Below are positions 63,381 through 64,000 of a stretch of DNA of 64,000 nt, piece by piece. Each line of letters opens with the position of its first letter. Position 1 is the stretch's first letter. Position numbers and translations under genes: made by a program. This DNA comes from Marsupella aquatica (taxonomy: Eukaryota > Plantae > Marchantiophyta): NCBI GenBank assembly GCA_973895155.1, contig OZ316893.1:19348857-19412856 (forward strand), in the 5' to 3' direction. Under the pieces are notes generated by a model. It did not search any database. It was not told the origin of the DNA and saw nothing but the letters and a program-made list of their open reading frames with translations.

Positions 63381-64000
63381 ACGAAAAGGAACAAACAAAT
63401 ACAAAGAAGGGAAAGCAAAAGAGGTCAACAAACACCAAATGTAAAAAAGAGGCAAATGCAACCCAAAAACTGGGGGAGAGGGTGGAGTAAAAAAAAGCTG
63501 AGATAACTCAAGATATACATTTGACGGATCTCTAACTTGAAAAAGTGTTCCTTGATGGACCCCATGGGATTCCGGGTAAGTTAATTTAAGGTTCACCAAC
63601 TGTCTGCCGGATCACTGATGGGGTCCATCAAGTAACATTTTAGGATTCCATGAAGCATACCTCTCAATAAATGCATTATCTTACCAAGGGGGTTTTACAA
63701 GAGGGGGGGGGGGGGGGCATTCAATATCTCTCCATCCAAAGAAAAATTGAGACCAATTTCATACACTAAAGTTAAAATGCCTGAGTCAAAATGTGTAGCT
63801 TTTGGAGATAATCAATGCAATTCCCTGAAAGGAAGTGGCCCCTTGCTCCATTTTTCTAGACCACCTCAAGAGGAGGTCTAAGTTTTTGACCAAAAAACTT
63901 TTTTTTTTTAAATGAGACCCACTAGGGGCCTAGCGAAGATGACTAGGTCAGGTAATGGTTTTGCCTGATTATGCCATCAAGTTCATGTAAAGTGAAATCT

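Overview
Eukaryotic, intron-containing land-plant genomic DNA. A bryophyte such as a liverwort is my inference from the gene and transposon content. There are four host genes: a 5'-partial WD40-like KIN14B-interacting protein (At4g14310 family), an intronless F-box protein, complex I subunit NDUFA2/B8 (3 exons, missed by the ORF track) and plastid RidA (6 exons). They sit among many mobile elements. The main discovery is a 10,677-bp DNA transposon (13106-23782) with perfect 14-bp TIRs and a TTAA target-site duplication. It encodes an apparently intact 8-exon, 757-aa Kolobok-type DDE transposase with an inserted SAP-like motif. It also carries a convergent KolX/P2X7-ballast-like gene and a degenerate receptor-like kinase fragment, so it looks like a cargo-carrying Kolobok in a land plant. 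The window also holds a 9-bp-TSD Mutator-like MITE, two tiny TTAA-bounded elements next to the Kolobok, and a chimeric Ty3/gypsy relic whose integrase ends in a PHD finger. A 5'-truncated L1, a decayed PIF/Harbinger element and a CRE-like restriction-endonuclease non-LTR retrotransposon complete the set. Family assignments come from motif recognition by eye; no database searches were run.
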